Positions 19,975-30,228 of a stretch of DNA of 55,361 nt are shown here, piece by piece. Every line of letters starts with the position of its first letter. Within the stretch, counting starts at the first letter, position 1. The position numbers and the translations under genes were made by a program. This DNA comes from an uncultured Pelagibacteraceae bacterium (GTDB lineage Bacteria; Pseudomonadota; Alphaproteobacteria; Pelagibacterales; AG-422-B15): the NCBI GenBank assembly GCA_902584215.1, contig CACHYW010000004.1:1-55361 (forward strand), in the 5' to 3' direction. A model generated the notes under the pieces. The model saw only the letters and a list, made by a program, of their open reading frames with translations, did no database searches and was not told the origin of the DNA.

Positions 19975-20694
19975 ATGACTAAGATAAAAAATAGAATTTT
20001 TATAACTTCAGCCTTAAAGTCAGGAGAGACTGTTTCTTTAGAAGATGATAAATCTCATTATGTAAACAATGTTATTAGGTGTAAAATTGGAGACCATATT
20101 TCACTTTTTAATGACAAATTTGAATGTATAGCTGAAGTTGTGAGCAATTCAAAAAAAATATGTAAGCTGAAATTAAAGGAATGTAAAGAAAATGAGATCG
20201 ATAGACACAATATAACTCTATTTTTCTCACCTATAAAGAGATCTCCTATGGAGTTTATGGTGCAAAAATGCACAGAGATTGGAATAACTTCTTTCCAGCC
20301 AGTATTAATGGAGAGAACAAATAATAAAAAAATTAATCTTGAGAGATTAAGACTAATCTCTATTGAGGCATGCGAGCAGTCTAGTAGAGTAAATTTGCCT
20401 TCATTAAATAATTTAATCTCTTTTAGCGTAATGATTAAAACAATGAATTATGATAAACTTATTTTCTGCTCACTTGAAAAAAATACTAGCGCAATTGATA
20501 AAATAAATTTATCACTTAATGAAAGTATAGGAATTGTAATCGGTCCAGAAGGTGATTTTTCTCCAAACGAAATGACAGATTTAGGGAGTATAAGGAATTC
20601 TGTACCAGTAACCCTAGGTAGTAATATTCTTAAATCTGAAACAGCTGGGGTTGTTGCTACCTCGCTAGTTATGAACAGCATATATAATGATTAA
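19975..20694 (+). CDS. rsmE: 16S rRNA m3U1498 methyltransferase
   Basis: QKCTEIG, EACEQS, IGPEGDFS and LGSNILKSETA motifs. Confidence 0.95.
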   Translation: MTKIKNRIFITSALKSGETVSLEDDKSHYVNNVIRCKIGDHISLFNDKFECIAEVVSNSKKICKLKLKECKENEIDRHNITLFFSPIKRSPMEFMVQKCTEIGITSFQPVLMERTNNKKINLERLRLISIEACEQSSRVNLPSLNNLISFSVMIKTMNYDKLIFCSLEKNTSAIDKINLSLNESIGIVIGPEGDFSPNEMTDLGSIRNSVPVTLGSNILKSETAGVVATSLVMNSIYND

Positions 20695-22021
20695 TAAACA
20701 AGATTTAATAAATTACTTCAGTGAAGGAATAAAGAAAGATAATACTCTCAGGATAGGTACTGAGCATGAGAAATTTATTTTTAAGCAAAATGATTTATCT
20801 TTGATCCCCTATGATGGCGATGTGAGTATACAAGCTGTCTTTCAAGATTTTGTGAAAGAAGGCTGGAAAGAAGTTAAAGAAGGTAACAATACAATTGCTC
20901 TCACAAAGAATAATGCAAGTATAACTCTTGAACCTGGAGGTCAATTTGAGTTGTCCGGCGCTCCACTTAAATCAGTTCATGAAACATGTAGTGAAATCAA
21001 CAGTCATCTGGATTTAACTAAAAAATTAGAAAAAAAATATAATATTGGATTTTTAGGAATTGGCTTCTTACCCATAGGTACTCTTGAAGAAATACCAATG
21101 GTTCCCAAAAAAAGATATGCAGAGATTATGACTCCCTATATGAGGTCGCTCGGTGGATTGGGTTTAGAGATGATGTATCAATCTGCAACAGTGCAAGCTA
21201 ATTTTGATTTTACTTCAGAAGAAGATATGGGAAAAAAAATCAATGTTTCATCTGTACTTCAACCATTAGTGACAGGCTTATTTGCTAACTCACCATTTAA
21301 AAATAATCAACCATCTGGATTTGAAAGTTATAGGGGACACGTTTGGACAAGAACAGATGCGGATCGGACGGGCATACCTAAATTTCTTACTGAGCCAAAC
21401 ATGAGTTTTGAAAAGTATGTAGATTTTGCTTTAGATATTCCTGTTTATGCCCTTATAAGAGATGGTAATTATATAAGATGCACAGATTATTCATTCGCAG
21501 ACTTAATTGAGGGTAAGCATAACGAATTTTCCAAAGATCAAATTACAATTAAAGATTGGGCTGATCATATTTCTACCATATTCACTGAAGTAAGATTAAA
21601 AACATTTATTGAAATGAGAGGAGCTGACGCAGGTGGGTACAATACATTATGCGCGTTGCCTGCTTTTTGGACAGGTATACTTTATGATGAGACTGCTCTT
21701 GAGGAGGCTTTGAGCATCACAAGTCAGCTCGATTACACTGATTTAATGAATTTTAGAGCAGACGTTTTAAAGAATGGTCTCAACTCGACTATTAATAATA
21801 TAGAAGGATGGGATTTAGCAGAACAAATAGTAAAAATTTCCTCAGAGGGCTTAAACAGACGTGGAAAATTAAATTTATATGGTGATAGTGAAGCAGTCCA
21901 TTTAGATTTTCTGAAAGACATTATAAAAAACAAAGAGTCTAATTCAATGCGAATGATTAAAAACTACTATGCACAAGATGTCCTTAACCAAAAAGAGCTT
22001 TTTCAAAAGGAGTCTTTTTAG
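20687..22021 (+). CDS. gshA: Glutamate-cysteine ligase (plant/alpha type)
   Basis: IGTEHEKF, LEPGGQFELSGAP and EVRLK.FIEMRGAD motifs. Confidence 0.95.
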   Translation: MINKQDLINYFSEGIKKDNTLRIGTEHEKFIFKQNDLSLIPYDGDVSIQAVFQDFVKEGWKEVKEGNNTIALTKNNASITLEPGGQFELSGAPLKSVHETCSEINSHLDLTKKLEKKYNIGFLGIGFLPIGTLEEIPMVPKKRYAEIMTPYMRSLGGLGLEMMYQSATVQANFDFTSEEDMGKKINVSSVLQPLVTGLFANSPFKNNQPSGFESYRGHVWTRTDADRTGIPKFLTEPNMSFEKYVDFALDIPVYALIRDGNYIRCTDYSFADLIEGKHNEFSKDQITIKDWADHISTIFTEVRLKTFIEMRGADAGGYNTLCALPAFWTGILYDETALEEALSITSQLDYTDLMNFRADVLKNGLNSTINNIEGWDLAEQIVKISSEGLNRRGKLNLYGDSEAVHLDFLKDIIKNKESNSMRMIKNYYAQDVLNQKELFQKESF

Positions 22022-23106
22022 GTTGATCCTTTTTCTATATATATAGATTGAGATGGGAAAGCAAAGCCAGCATCATTCTTCTCAACAATACCTTTTATCT
22101 CGAAAGCTAAGTTTTCTTTTATCTCTAACCATTCTCCCCAATTTGTAGTGGTAGCAAAACAATAAACCAACAAATCAATAGAGCTGTCAGAGAATTTTTC
22201 TATTCTAACAAACAATGGTTGTTCCGTAGATTTAACAAAATTTCCATTATCCGTTAAATATTTTTCAATCTCGTCTCTTATTTTTCTTAACTGATCATGT
22301 GTTGTTCGATATTCTAAACCAATGGTCCAATAAATTCGGCGACTTTTCATATTACTAAAGTTTGTTACGGCATTTTCAGCAAAATTAAAGTTTGGGACCA
22401 TTACCGGCGAGGAATCAAATCTTCTTACTAGCGTTGAGCGAAATCCAATTTTTTCTACAGTGCCTTCAACTATATTTTCAACTTTTATCCAATCACCGTT
22501 TTGAAATCTTTTTTCAAGAAGTATCAGTATACCTGAAATTAAGTTTTTAAATAAATCTTGAGCACCTAAAGCAACAGCAACGCTTAATAATCCAAGACCA
22601 GCCAATATGGGTCCAACCTTAATACCCCATATTTCAAGTACTGCCGCACCTCCAATAATAAAGATAAAGAATTTAAGTATCCTTACACCCCAATCAATTA
22701 AATCATACGTTAACAGTTCACCAAATTTATGAATAAAAAAAGAAAAAGGATCAATTACTTTATAAAGGAACCAAAATATTTGAATTGTTATGAGTGATGT
22801 ATTTAGATTTGCGGCAATTATTTCAAGTGTACTGTTTAAATTTAAATATTGAGTGCTGATGTATACCCCGATTACTATTGGAAAAAATCTCAGCGGACCA
22901 TCAAAAGCCTCTAAAACTTCATCATCAATTTGAGTTGAAGATTTTTTTACAATAGCTTTCAATCTACCAACAACAATCTTTGAAAATAAAGATCTGAATA
23001 AGACAAAAAGTATAAGAATTAGAATACCAATAAGTACATTATTGAAGTCTATTCCAAACACTCCTTGTGACCAAACTGATGAAACTAAGTCTAAAAAATT
23101 ATCCAT
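22018..23106 (-). CDS. MscS-family mechanosensitive channel
   Basis: ALGAQDLFKNLISG, GTVEKIGFRST and FAFPS motifs. Confidence 0.93.
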   Translation of the reverse strand: MDNFLDLVSSVWSQGVFGIDFNNVLIGILILILFVLFRSLFSKIVVGRLKAIVKKSSTQIDDEVLEAFDGPLRFFPIVIGVYISTQYLNLNSTLEIIAANLNTSLITIQIFWFLYKVIDPFSFFIHKFGELLTYDLIDWGVRILKFFIFIIGGAAVLEIWGIKVGPILAGLGLLSVAVALGAQDLFKNLISGILILLEKRFQNGDWIKVENIVEGTVEKIGFRSTLVRRFDSSPVMVPNFNFAENAVTNFSNMKSRRIYWTIGLEYRTTHDQLRKIRDEIEKYLTDNGNFVKSTEQPLFVRIEKFSDSSIDLLVYCFATTTNWGEWLEIKENLAFEIKGIVEKNDAGFAFPSQSIYIEKGST

Positions 23107-23153
23107 TGTATCATTTTAACTGATTTGGCATTCAGATAATAGATATAGTTAAT

Positions 23154-24014
23154 TTACAGAAAATTATTGATTTCTCTTGATACTTCAGTGGTTTTTTCTA
23201 AAGGAAGCATGTGACTTGTATCTTCAATAAAGCATATTTCTGTTTGAGGGTTAAATTTCTTTATTCTCTTTTGACTTAGCTTATTGCAGACCACACTATT
23301 TGGAGTAAGAATTATTTTTAAAGGTATGTTTATTCTTTTTAGATCAAACCAAACTTCATGTGATGTCAACTTGAAGCAAGCTGACTCCCAGCTTGGTTCG
23401 CATTTAAGTTTGAGCTCTTTGTTTTGGTCAGCATAGGTACAGTATTCAACGTAATCTCTGATAATTTGTTCATCAATGTGTTTAAATAATTTTTTTTTTG
23501 AGAAATATTGAAAAGCATCATCTTTACTTGACCATCCATTTCTTCTAATAGACGCATTTTTTGCTAGTGGATTTACTAAATGAGAGAGGCCAGTAAATTG
23601 TAAAAACTTATATGTTAAAATGTATCTCAAAGGCAACATTACTGGATCAATAAGTATTAACTTGCTAACAAGATCAGGATTAGACAAAGCCACAAGCAAA
23701 CTTGCGGTTCCACCCATTGAATGACCTGAAAGCACAACAGGTTTATTTTCCATTTTGATAAGTTCAATGAGGTCGTTTTTAAAAGTGTACCAAGATTTTA
23801 ATTTGCTTGGATCAGCTTTTAGAGTGGTATTTCCATGACCTCTCATATCATAAGTTATCACTTCGTAACTATCACAAATATTTGATAAAAGTTTATTGTA
23901 GACTTTACCACTAAATCCATTTGCATGAGAAAAGTAAAATTTATCTGCACCAGGATTTTCATTCCTATACGTAACTATCTTTTCAGACTCTACTTCAAAT
24001 TCTTTTTCTAACAT
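23154..24014 (-). CDS. Alpha/beta hydrolase
   Basis: HANGF, DMRGHG, GHSMGG nucleophile elbow and C-terminal SHMLP. Confidence 0.92.
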   Translation of the reverse strand: MLEKEFEVESEKIVTYRNENPGADKFYFSHANGFSGKVYNKLLSNICDSYEVITYDMRGHGNTTLKADPSKLKSWYTFKNDLIELIKMENKPVVLSGHSMGGTASLLVALSNPDLVSKLILIDPVMLPLRYILTYKFLQFTGLSHLVNPLAKNASIRRNGWSSKDDAFQYFSKKKLFKHIDEQIIRDYVEYCTYADQNKELKLKCEPSWESACFKLTSHEVWFDLKRINIPLKIILTPNSVVCNKLSQKRIKKFNPQTEICFIEDTSHMLPLEKTTEVSREINNFL

Positions 24015-24018
24015 TTAC

Positions 24019-24444
24019 TCAGTGACATGACTCATTATATTTTTTAAGCCTATAGTAATTATAGGGAAGCGGGGTGACAAACCCTGCTAAGAGCATGAAA
24101 GGAATAATAGTAATAGTTAATACACCTCCTGCAAAAATAAGATCTGTTAAATTCATCGAAATCTCCATTGCTATCATACTAATAAAGCTCATTTTGAAAG
24201 CGATATTTAAAGCTTCAGAAAAAGGAACACTTTTCATCAAAATAAAAGTCTCTAACAAAATACTTGTTACTAGTCCGTTGAATATGGCAATTAGCATCAC
24301 TAGATAAATTGAAAAAGAATGATTTATCATTTGAAAGTAAAAAATTGTACCAAAGTCTCCAATACTGCATCCAATAAGACACCACAAAGTATTGTAGCTT
24401 GAAGTCTTCCATGTTGCTTTACAAGTCCAACTAATATCAAGCAT
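24019..24444 (-). CDS. DUF4396-like membrane protein
   Basis: TLWCLIGCSIGD, MSFISMIAME and AGFVTPLPYNY motifs. Start chosen at ATG 24444, overlapping the upstream TGA by 8 nt. Confidence 0.78.
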   Translation of the reverse strand: MLDISWTCKATWKTSSYNTLWCLIGCSIGDFGTIFYFQMINHSFSIYLVMLIAIFNGLVTSILLETFILMKSVPFSEALNIAFKMSFISMIAMEISMNLTDLIFAGGVLTITIIPFMLLAGFVTPLPYNYYRLKKYNESCH

Positions 24445-24643
24445 CAAATTTTTTAAATTCCTCTCGTCTTTCGTTAGCATCTTTTAGTACTAAGGCTTTT
24501 TCTTCAACAGACATTCTTAGCCAATAAGTGATTTCAAACTGCTCCCTAAAGCACCCAATACAGACTTTGCCATCCATAAAAGCCTCATTATACTTACATA
24601 TTTTGACGCAAGGACTATCTACATGTGAGTTTTTTTTAATCAT
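24437..24643 (-). CDS. DUF1289 small Cys protein
   Basis: SPCxxxC..CxGCxR..EI..W pattern. Confidence 0.85.
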   Translation of the reverse strand: MIKKNSHVDSPCVKICKYNEAFMDGKVCIGCFREQFEITYWLRMSVEEKALVLKDANERREEFKKFDA

Positions 24644-24702
24644 ATAAAGCTTGATTTATTTATATATTACAATAAAAAGCAACTTCAATTTCAAATAATT
24701 AT

Positions 24703-25398
24703 ATGGCACGCATCACCGTTGAGGATTGTATAAAACTTATAAATAACCAGTATGATTTGGTTATTCTTGCAAAAGAAAGGGCAGTTCAATTGGGTAGAGG
24801 AGCTACTCCTGCAGTTGATCCTGAAAATGACAAAAAGCCTGTAATAGCCCTTAGGGAAATCGGTGAATCTAAAATTACACCTAAAGAATTAAAAGAAAGT
24901 ATCGTTTCTAAGTTGAGACAAATTCCAGATTATGAAGAAGAAGAGGAATTAGAGGAAGTGGACAATGATACGTTCAGGCAGATGTATCAGGGCGGATTGT
25001 CAAAATCTGAAATTGAAAAGTCTGCAACACGTAAATTTACCGCTAGATCCCCTAGAGTTGAAACGCGAGCTAAACCAATTGAAGATACAGTAACTGATGC
25101 GGAAATTTCACCTACAAGTTCAACAGATATAGATGAAACTTCAGACCTTAATGAGACTCAGGATGTATTAGATGCGTCAGAAGTTGAAGCTCCAATTATA
25201 GAGAGTATTGAAACAGCTCATGAGGAAACAACCGATCAACCTGCGACTGATTTAATTGAAGAAAATAAATCTCCTGAAGATGGAAGTTTTACTGCTAGCG
25301 ATCAGCCAAAAGATACAAATGAAAATGAAGCTATGGATGTCGAAGAGTTGAGTGAAGTTACATCTGATATTGAAGAAGAAAATACACCAAAAGAATAA
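24703..25398 (+). CDS. rpoZ: RNA polymerase omega subunit with long acidic extension
   Basis: MARITVEDC...[12 protein letters not shown] core; C-terminal half is D/E/T/S-rich. Confidence 0.95.
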   Translation: MARITVEDCIKLINNQYDLVILAKERAVQLGRGATPAVDPENDKKPVIALREIGESKITPKELKESIVSKLRQIPDYEEEEELEEVDNDTFRQMYQGGLSKSEIEKSATRKFTARSPRVETRAKPIEDTVTDAEISPTSSTDIDETSDLNETQDVLDASEVEAPIIESIETAHEETTDQPATDLIEENKSPEDGSFTASDQPKDTNENEAMDVEELSEVTSDIEEENTPKE

Positions 25399-25403
25399 TT
25401 ACC

Positions 25404-26534
25404 ATGAATTTTGACTTTTCAGATGATCAAAAGCTTTTGCGCGATCAAGCAAGAAAATTTTTACAGGATAAATGTGACCGTAAGTCTGTAAGAAACATTC
25501 TGGAAGATCATCAACAGAACTATAATGCTGACTTATGGTCCCAAATTTCTGAATTAGGCTGGACTGGAACTGCAATACCAGAAGAATATGGAGGTCTTGG
25601 TCTAGGTATGTTGGAATTATGTGTAATTGCTGAAGAGCTCGGCAGAGCTCTTGCGCCCACACCGTTCTCTTCTTCGATATATATCTTTGCTGAATTTTTA
25701 AAGTCGTATGGTACAGATGACCAAAAGAAAAAATATTTACCTCTCATTGCATCTGGTGAAAAAATTGGAACATTCGCCCTATCAGAAACTAATGGTAAAC
25801 CTAAACCAAACAATATTAAGACATCGTACACTTCAGGCAAATTAAATGGATCTAAAAACCCTGTTACTGATGGAGAGTCAGCAGACTATATCATTGTTGC
25901 TGCCAATTCTGACAGTAATTCAAATTATAATTCTCTCTCTCTTTTTATTATTGATAGAAATGGTCCGGGTGTAAATATTTCAAACTTGGACACTATCGAT
26001 CCCACAAGACCTTCTTGCACAGTAGATTTAGAAAATGTTGCATGTGAAAGACTTGGAGACGAAGGAAGTGGATGGGAGATGATTGATAATATTTTTAATA
26101 GAGCTGCTGTTTTATTTTCCTTCGAGCAAGTAGGTGGAGCACAAGTCTCACTTGATGAAGCAAAGAAATATTCACTTGAACGATTCGCTTTTGGAAAGCA
26201 GATAGGTGCATTTCAAGCTTTAAAGCACAAGATGGCAGATATGTACGTCAAAATTGAATTAGCAAGATCCAATGCTTATTACGGTGCCTGGGCGCTAAGC
26301 ACAGACTCAAATGAATTGCCAATTGCTGCTGCAGGAGCAAGGGTCAGTGCCTCTGAAGCATACAATTACGCATCTCAGGAAAATATTCAAATACATGGGG
26401 GTGTTGGGTTTACTTGGGAATATGACTGTCACTTGTTTTATCGTAGATCCAAACTGCTTTCTTTAAATATTGGCAGTATTCGTCAGTGGAAAGAAAATTT
26501 AATTTCAAATCTTGAAAAAAGGAATATAGTTTAA
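25404..26534 (+). CDS. Acyl-CoA dehydrogenase, putative beta subunit of a heteromeric pair
   Basis: R.AFGKQIGAFQALKH and QIHGGVGFTWE motifs; lacks the C-terminal GG/EGT.E motif. Confidence 0.9.
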   Translation: MNFDFSDDQKLLRDQARKFLQDKCDRKSVRNILEDHQQNYNADLWSQISELGWTGTAIPEEYGGLGLGMLELCVIAEELGRALAPTPFSSSIYIFAEFLKSYGTDDQKKKYLPLIASGEKIGTFALSETNGKPKPNNIKTSYTSGKLNGSKNPVTDGESADYIIVAANSDSNSNYNSLSLFIIDRNGPGVNISNLDTIDPTRPSCTVDLENVACERLGDEGSGWEMIDNIFNRAAVLFSFEQVGGAQVSLDEAKKYSLERFAFGKQIGAFQALKHKMADMYVKIELARSNAYYGAWALSTDSNELPIAAAGARVSASEAYNYASQENIQIHGGVGFTWEYDCHLFYRRSKLLSLNIGSIRQWKENLISNLEKRNIV

Positions 26535-26536
26535 AA

Positions 26537-27820
26537 ATGGATTTTAACGACACACCTCAAGAAGCTGAATTTAGAAAAAAAGTAAGATCTTTTCTCGAAG
26601 CTAATGCAGAAAAAAGATCTACTCTAGCTGCAAAACCAAAGGGTGACGCAGGATCTTCCATTTCAAGCGCCGGAGCGCCAGAAACTGTAAAAGGTGAAGA
26701 TGCTGCGAAGTTAGCACTAGAGAATGCAAAAGAATGGCAAAGAAAAAAAGCTGATGCTGGATTTGCTGCTATTCTATGGCCAAAGGAATTTGGAGGTTAT
26801 GGAGGTACACCTATAGAGCAAGTTATATATGCTCAAGAAGAACAGGACTATTTTGTTCACTCAGGATATTTTGAAATTGGAATAGGAATGCTTGGACCAA
26901 CTATGATGGCTTGGGGCAAAGATGAGGATAAAAAAAGATTCCTTCCAAAAATGATTACAGGCGAAGAAATATGGTGCCAATTGTTTTCTGAGCCTTCTGC
27001 GGGATCAGATTTAGCTGGTATAAGAATGAAGGCTGAAAAAGACGGTGATGAATGGGTACTAAATGGTCAAAAGGTTTGGACTTCAGGAGCTCATTTTGCT
27101 GATTATGGAATGATCGTTGCACGATCTGACCCTACTGCCTTAAAACATAAGGGACTTACTTATTTTTATGTTGATATGAAAACACCAGGAATTGAAGCTA
27201 AGCCTATTAAGCAAATTTCTGGTTCAGCTAATTTCAATGAAGTTTTCTTTAATGACGTTCGTATACCTGACAGTCAAAGAATTGGCGCAGAGGGTGAAGG
27301 GTGGAAAGTATCACTTACTACTCTGATGAATGAAAGATTAGCAGTAGGGGATCCTCCAGGCTTAGACTTTGATCAAATTTTTGAAGCCTCTAAAGAAATT
27401 GAAGTTGAGGATGGCCTTGCAGTAAAAAATAGTGAGGTAAGACAAAAAATGGCTGACTGGTATATCCAATCGCGTGGTTTGCAATATACTAAATACAGAA
27501 GCATGACTGCTTTATCAAAAGGCCAAACGCCAGGACCAGAGCTCTCAATAAGTAAACTGGTCACAGCGTCAAAAATGCAAGATGTATCATCTTATGCACT
27601 GGATTTAATGGACATGTCAGGCATGGTTCACCAAGATCAAAATCCAATTCTTAAAAACTTATTCCAAAATGGTTATTTTTTCTCTGCTGCCATGAGAATT
27701 GCTGGTGGTACTGACGAAGTTTTAAGAAATATTATTGCGGAGCGAGTCCTTGGGCTACCGCAAGATGAAAGGTCAGATAAAAAACTGCCTTTCAATGAGT
27801 TACCGTCTGGTAAAAACTAA
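26537..27820 (+). CDS. Acyl-CoA dehydrogenase, putative alpha subunit of a heteromeric pair
   Basis: WCQLFSEPSAGSDLA, LMNER and IAGGTDEVLRNIIAERVLGLP motifs. Confidence 0.92.
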   Translation: MDFNDTPQEAEFRKKVRSFLEANAEKRSTLAAKPKGDAGSSISSAGAPETVKGEDAAKLALENAKEWQRKKADAGFAAILWPKEFGGYGGTPIEQVIYAQEEQDYFVHSGYFEIGIGMLGPTMMAWGKDEDKKRFLPKMITGEEIWCQLFSEPSAGSDLAGIRMKAEKDGDEWVLNGQKVWTSGAHFADYGMIVARSDPTALKHKGLTYFYVDMKTPGIEAKPIKQISGSANFNEVFFNDVRIPDSQRIGAEGEGWKVSLTTLMNERLAVGDPPGLDFDQIFEASKEIEVEDGLAVKNSEVRQKMADWYIQSRGLQYTKYRSMTALSKGQTPGPELSISKLVTASKMQDVSSYALDLMDMSGMVHQDQNPILKNLFQNGYFFSAAMRIAGGTDEVLRNIIAERVLGLPQDERSDKKLPFNELPSGKN

Positions 27821-27830
27821 TATTAGTTAA

Positions 27831-28682
27831 GTGTTCAGTACAATCTTTAGCAATGTCGCATCAGGCGACTTGTTCTTTTCTATTTCCTTATTGATTGGTA
27901 CAGGCATTTTTGCTGGTTTTATAGCAGGTCTTTTTGGCATTGGAGGAGGTGTTGTCGTAGTGCCCGCGTTATATTATATTTTTACTCTAGCTGAGGTAGA
28001 TGAAAGTATAAGAATGCACTTAGCAGTTGGAACATCACTTGCAAATATCGTCCCAATATCAATTATTTCTGCAATAAGCCATGCTAGGAAGAATTCCGTA
28101 AATATAGATTTCTTAAAGTTTATATTTGTTTCAATAATTGTGGGTGTTACTTGCGGCTCTATTGCAGTGTCTTATCTAGAGGGAAGTACACTAATTTTGA
28201 TTTACTCTATCATATTACTGTTTGTCGCTGCGCAGTTTTTTTTCTGGCAAGATAAATGGAGATTATCGACTTCTTTTCCTAAAAATATGACTGGTCATGG
28301 ATTCGGTTCAGTTATTGGATTTCTTTCAGTAATCATTGGAGTAGGTGGCGGGTCAATAAGTATCCCTATACTTAAACTATATAATTTTGAAATTCACAAA
28401 GCGATTGGAACAGCAGCTGGAATTGGGACCATAGTTGCTGTACCTGGCACAATTGGATTTATGATTGCAGGTTTGCAAAACAATATCGATTTGCCACTAT
28501 CCTTTGGCTATGTAAGCCTTGTAGGGCTTATATTAATTACACCTATTACAATAATTGGAGCACCGATTGGAGTTAAGTTTGCTCACTATTTATCTAAAAG
28601 TAAGTTAAATCTTCTATTTGGAATATTCATCTTGTTTATGTCGATTCGGTTCTATCTGGAATGGTTATCATTAACCAGTTAA
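27831..28682 (+). CDS. TauE/SafE (TSUP) family membrane exporter
   Basis: Duplicated GLFGIGGG / GVGGG and A.GTS / AIGTA motifs; multiple TM helices. Confidence 0.9.
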   Translation: MFSTIFSNVASGDLFFSISLLIGTGIFAGFIAGLFGIGGGVVVVPALYYIFTLAEVDESIRMHLAVGTSLANIVPISIISAISHARKNSVNIDFLKFIFVSIIVGVTCGSIAVSYLEGSTLILIYSIILLFVAAQFFFWQDKWRLSTSFPKNMTGHGFGSVIGFLSVIIGVGGGSISIPILKLYNFEIHKAIGTAAGIGTIVAVPGTIGFMIAGLQNNIDLPLSFGYVSLVGLILITPITIIGAPIGVKFAHYLSKSKLNLLFGIFILFMSIRFYLEWLSLTS

Positions 28683-30185
28683 TTTCTGATCATATCCACC
28701 AACCTTACCTGTCTGATCGAGAAGTTCATTTATATAATTAAAAATTAACTCTACTTCATTATTAGATTCATAGCTTTCAATAACAATGACCAAAGACGGT
28801 TTATTTGAAGAGGCCCTTACTAGTCCCCATGAACCATTTGAAAGTTCAAACCGAATACCATTTATTGTTATTATTTTTTCAATATTTTGACTACCAACTG
28901 TTACCCCTTTTTCTTTTGTGTCTGTGATTTTTTTTATAATTGAGTCTACAACTAGATACTTTTCACCATCTTCACAAAAAGGAGCCATCGTTGGCGACTG
29001 AAAAGTCTTTTTAATTTCTAATTTCTTATCTGATAGTTTTTTTGTTATTCCATTACTTAAATATTGAAGCATTAGACAAGCAGATTTCAATCCATCATCA
29101 AAACCCAGTCCCAATGGCTCATTAATAAAAAAATGACCACTTTTTTCGAAACCACATAGTGCGCCAATTTCTTTCACTCTTCTTTTCATATGAGAATGAC
29201 CTGTTTTCCACATATCGATTACACAATTATTTTCCTTTAAAATGGAACTTTCAAAATAAAGTCCAGTGGACTTCACATCGATTACAAATTTTGAATCTGG
29301 ATAATCATTTGATAAGAACTCTGATAGTAATAAACCTATTTTATCCGAAAATATTTCTTCCCCTTTATCATCAACTACACCAAGCCGGTCACCATCACCG
29401 TCAAAAGCAAAGCCTATATCAGCATTATGCTTAATGACATTTTCTGATAAGTCCTTGAGCATTACTAAGTCTTCAGGGTTTGGATTATAGTGTGGAAATT
29501 TAAAATCTAAATCGCAGTGTAACTCAATCACTTCACAGCCCAATAGTTTCAGTAATTCCGGTGCAAATGCTCCGGCGGTTCCATTACCACATGCAACAAC
29601 AACTTTGAAACCTTTTCTAATTTTTACATCTGTAGAAAGGTATTCAATGTATTCATCTTTCACCCCAGGAATAAATTGATAAACCCCATTACTTTCCATC
29701 TTGGCGTTATGATTGTTATCAACAATTTTTTTAATTGAGCTTACTTCTTCAGGTCCAAAGGTCAGTGATTTTTCAATGCCACATTTAATTCCAGTCCAGC
29801 CATTTTCATTATGACTGGCAGTTATCATGGCTAAACTATCTGTATTTAAATGGTGTTGAGCAAAATAAACCATTGGAGACACTGAAAGTCCGACGTCCAT
29901 CACTTTTAAACCTGAGGATAATAAACCTTTAACGACATGATATTTTACCTCTTTGCTGTATGATCTATAATCATGACCAACTACAATTGAAGATCCAGTT
30001 CCTTTTACATCAGATATATATTGGCCTAAGCCATAACCAAAAACCTCAAGGCCTTGTTTATTTATCTGATCTGGATAGAGCCACCTGGCATCATATTCTC
30101 TAAATCCATAGGGAGAAATATTTGCAGCTTCATGTTCCTCATCAAAGTCAAAAATGAGGCCAGATTGTGATTTAAATATTTCCAT
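28671..30185 (-). CDS. Phosphomannomutase/phosphoglucomutase
   Basis: FREYDAR, TASHN, FDGDGDR, EKSGH and VRASSN motifs. Confidence 0.95.
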   Translation of the reverse strand: MEIFKSQSGLIFDFDEEHEAANISPYGFREYDARWLYPDQINKQGLEVFGYGLGQYISDVKGTGSSIVVGHDYRSYSKEVKYHVVKGLLSSGLKVMDVGLSVSPMVYFAQHHLNTDSLAMITASHNENGWTGIKCGIEKSLTFGPEEVSSIKKIVDNNHNAKMESNGVYQFIPGVKDEYIEYLSTDVKIRKGFKVVVACGNGTAGAFAPELLKLLGCEVIELHCDLDFKFPHYNPNPEDLVMLKDLSENVIKHNADIGFAFDGDGDRLGVVDDKGEEIFSDKIGLLLSEFLSNDYPDSKFVIDVKSTGLYFESSILKENNCVIDMWKTGHSHMKRRVKEIGALCGFEKSGHFFINEPLGLGFDDGLKSACLMLQYLSNGITKKLSDKKLEIKKTFQSPTMAPFCEDGEKYLVVDSIIKKITDTKEKGVTVGSQNIEKIITINGIRFELSNGSWGLVRASSNKPSLVIVIESYESNNEVELIFNYINELLDQTGKVGGYDQKLTG

Positions 30186-30193
30186 TTTAAGTG

Positions 30194-30222
30194 TTGCGTA
30201 TTTTTAAAGAATATAACATATT
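30194..30222 (+). promoter_or_regulatory. Putative sigma70 promoter for the riboswitch leader
   Basis: TTGCGT(30194)-17 nt-CATATT(30217). The predicted +1 (~30229) coincides with the 5' end of riboswitch P1. Confidence 0.45.
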
Positions 30223-30228
30223 AATTTC

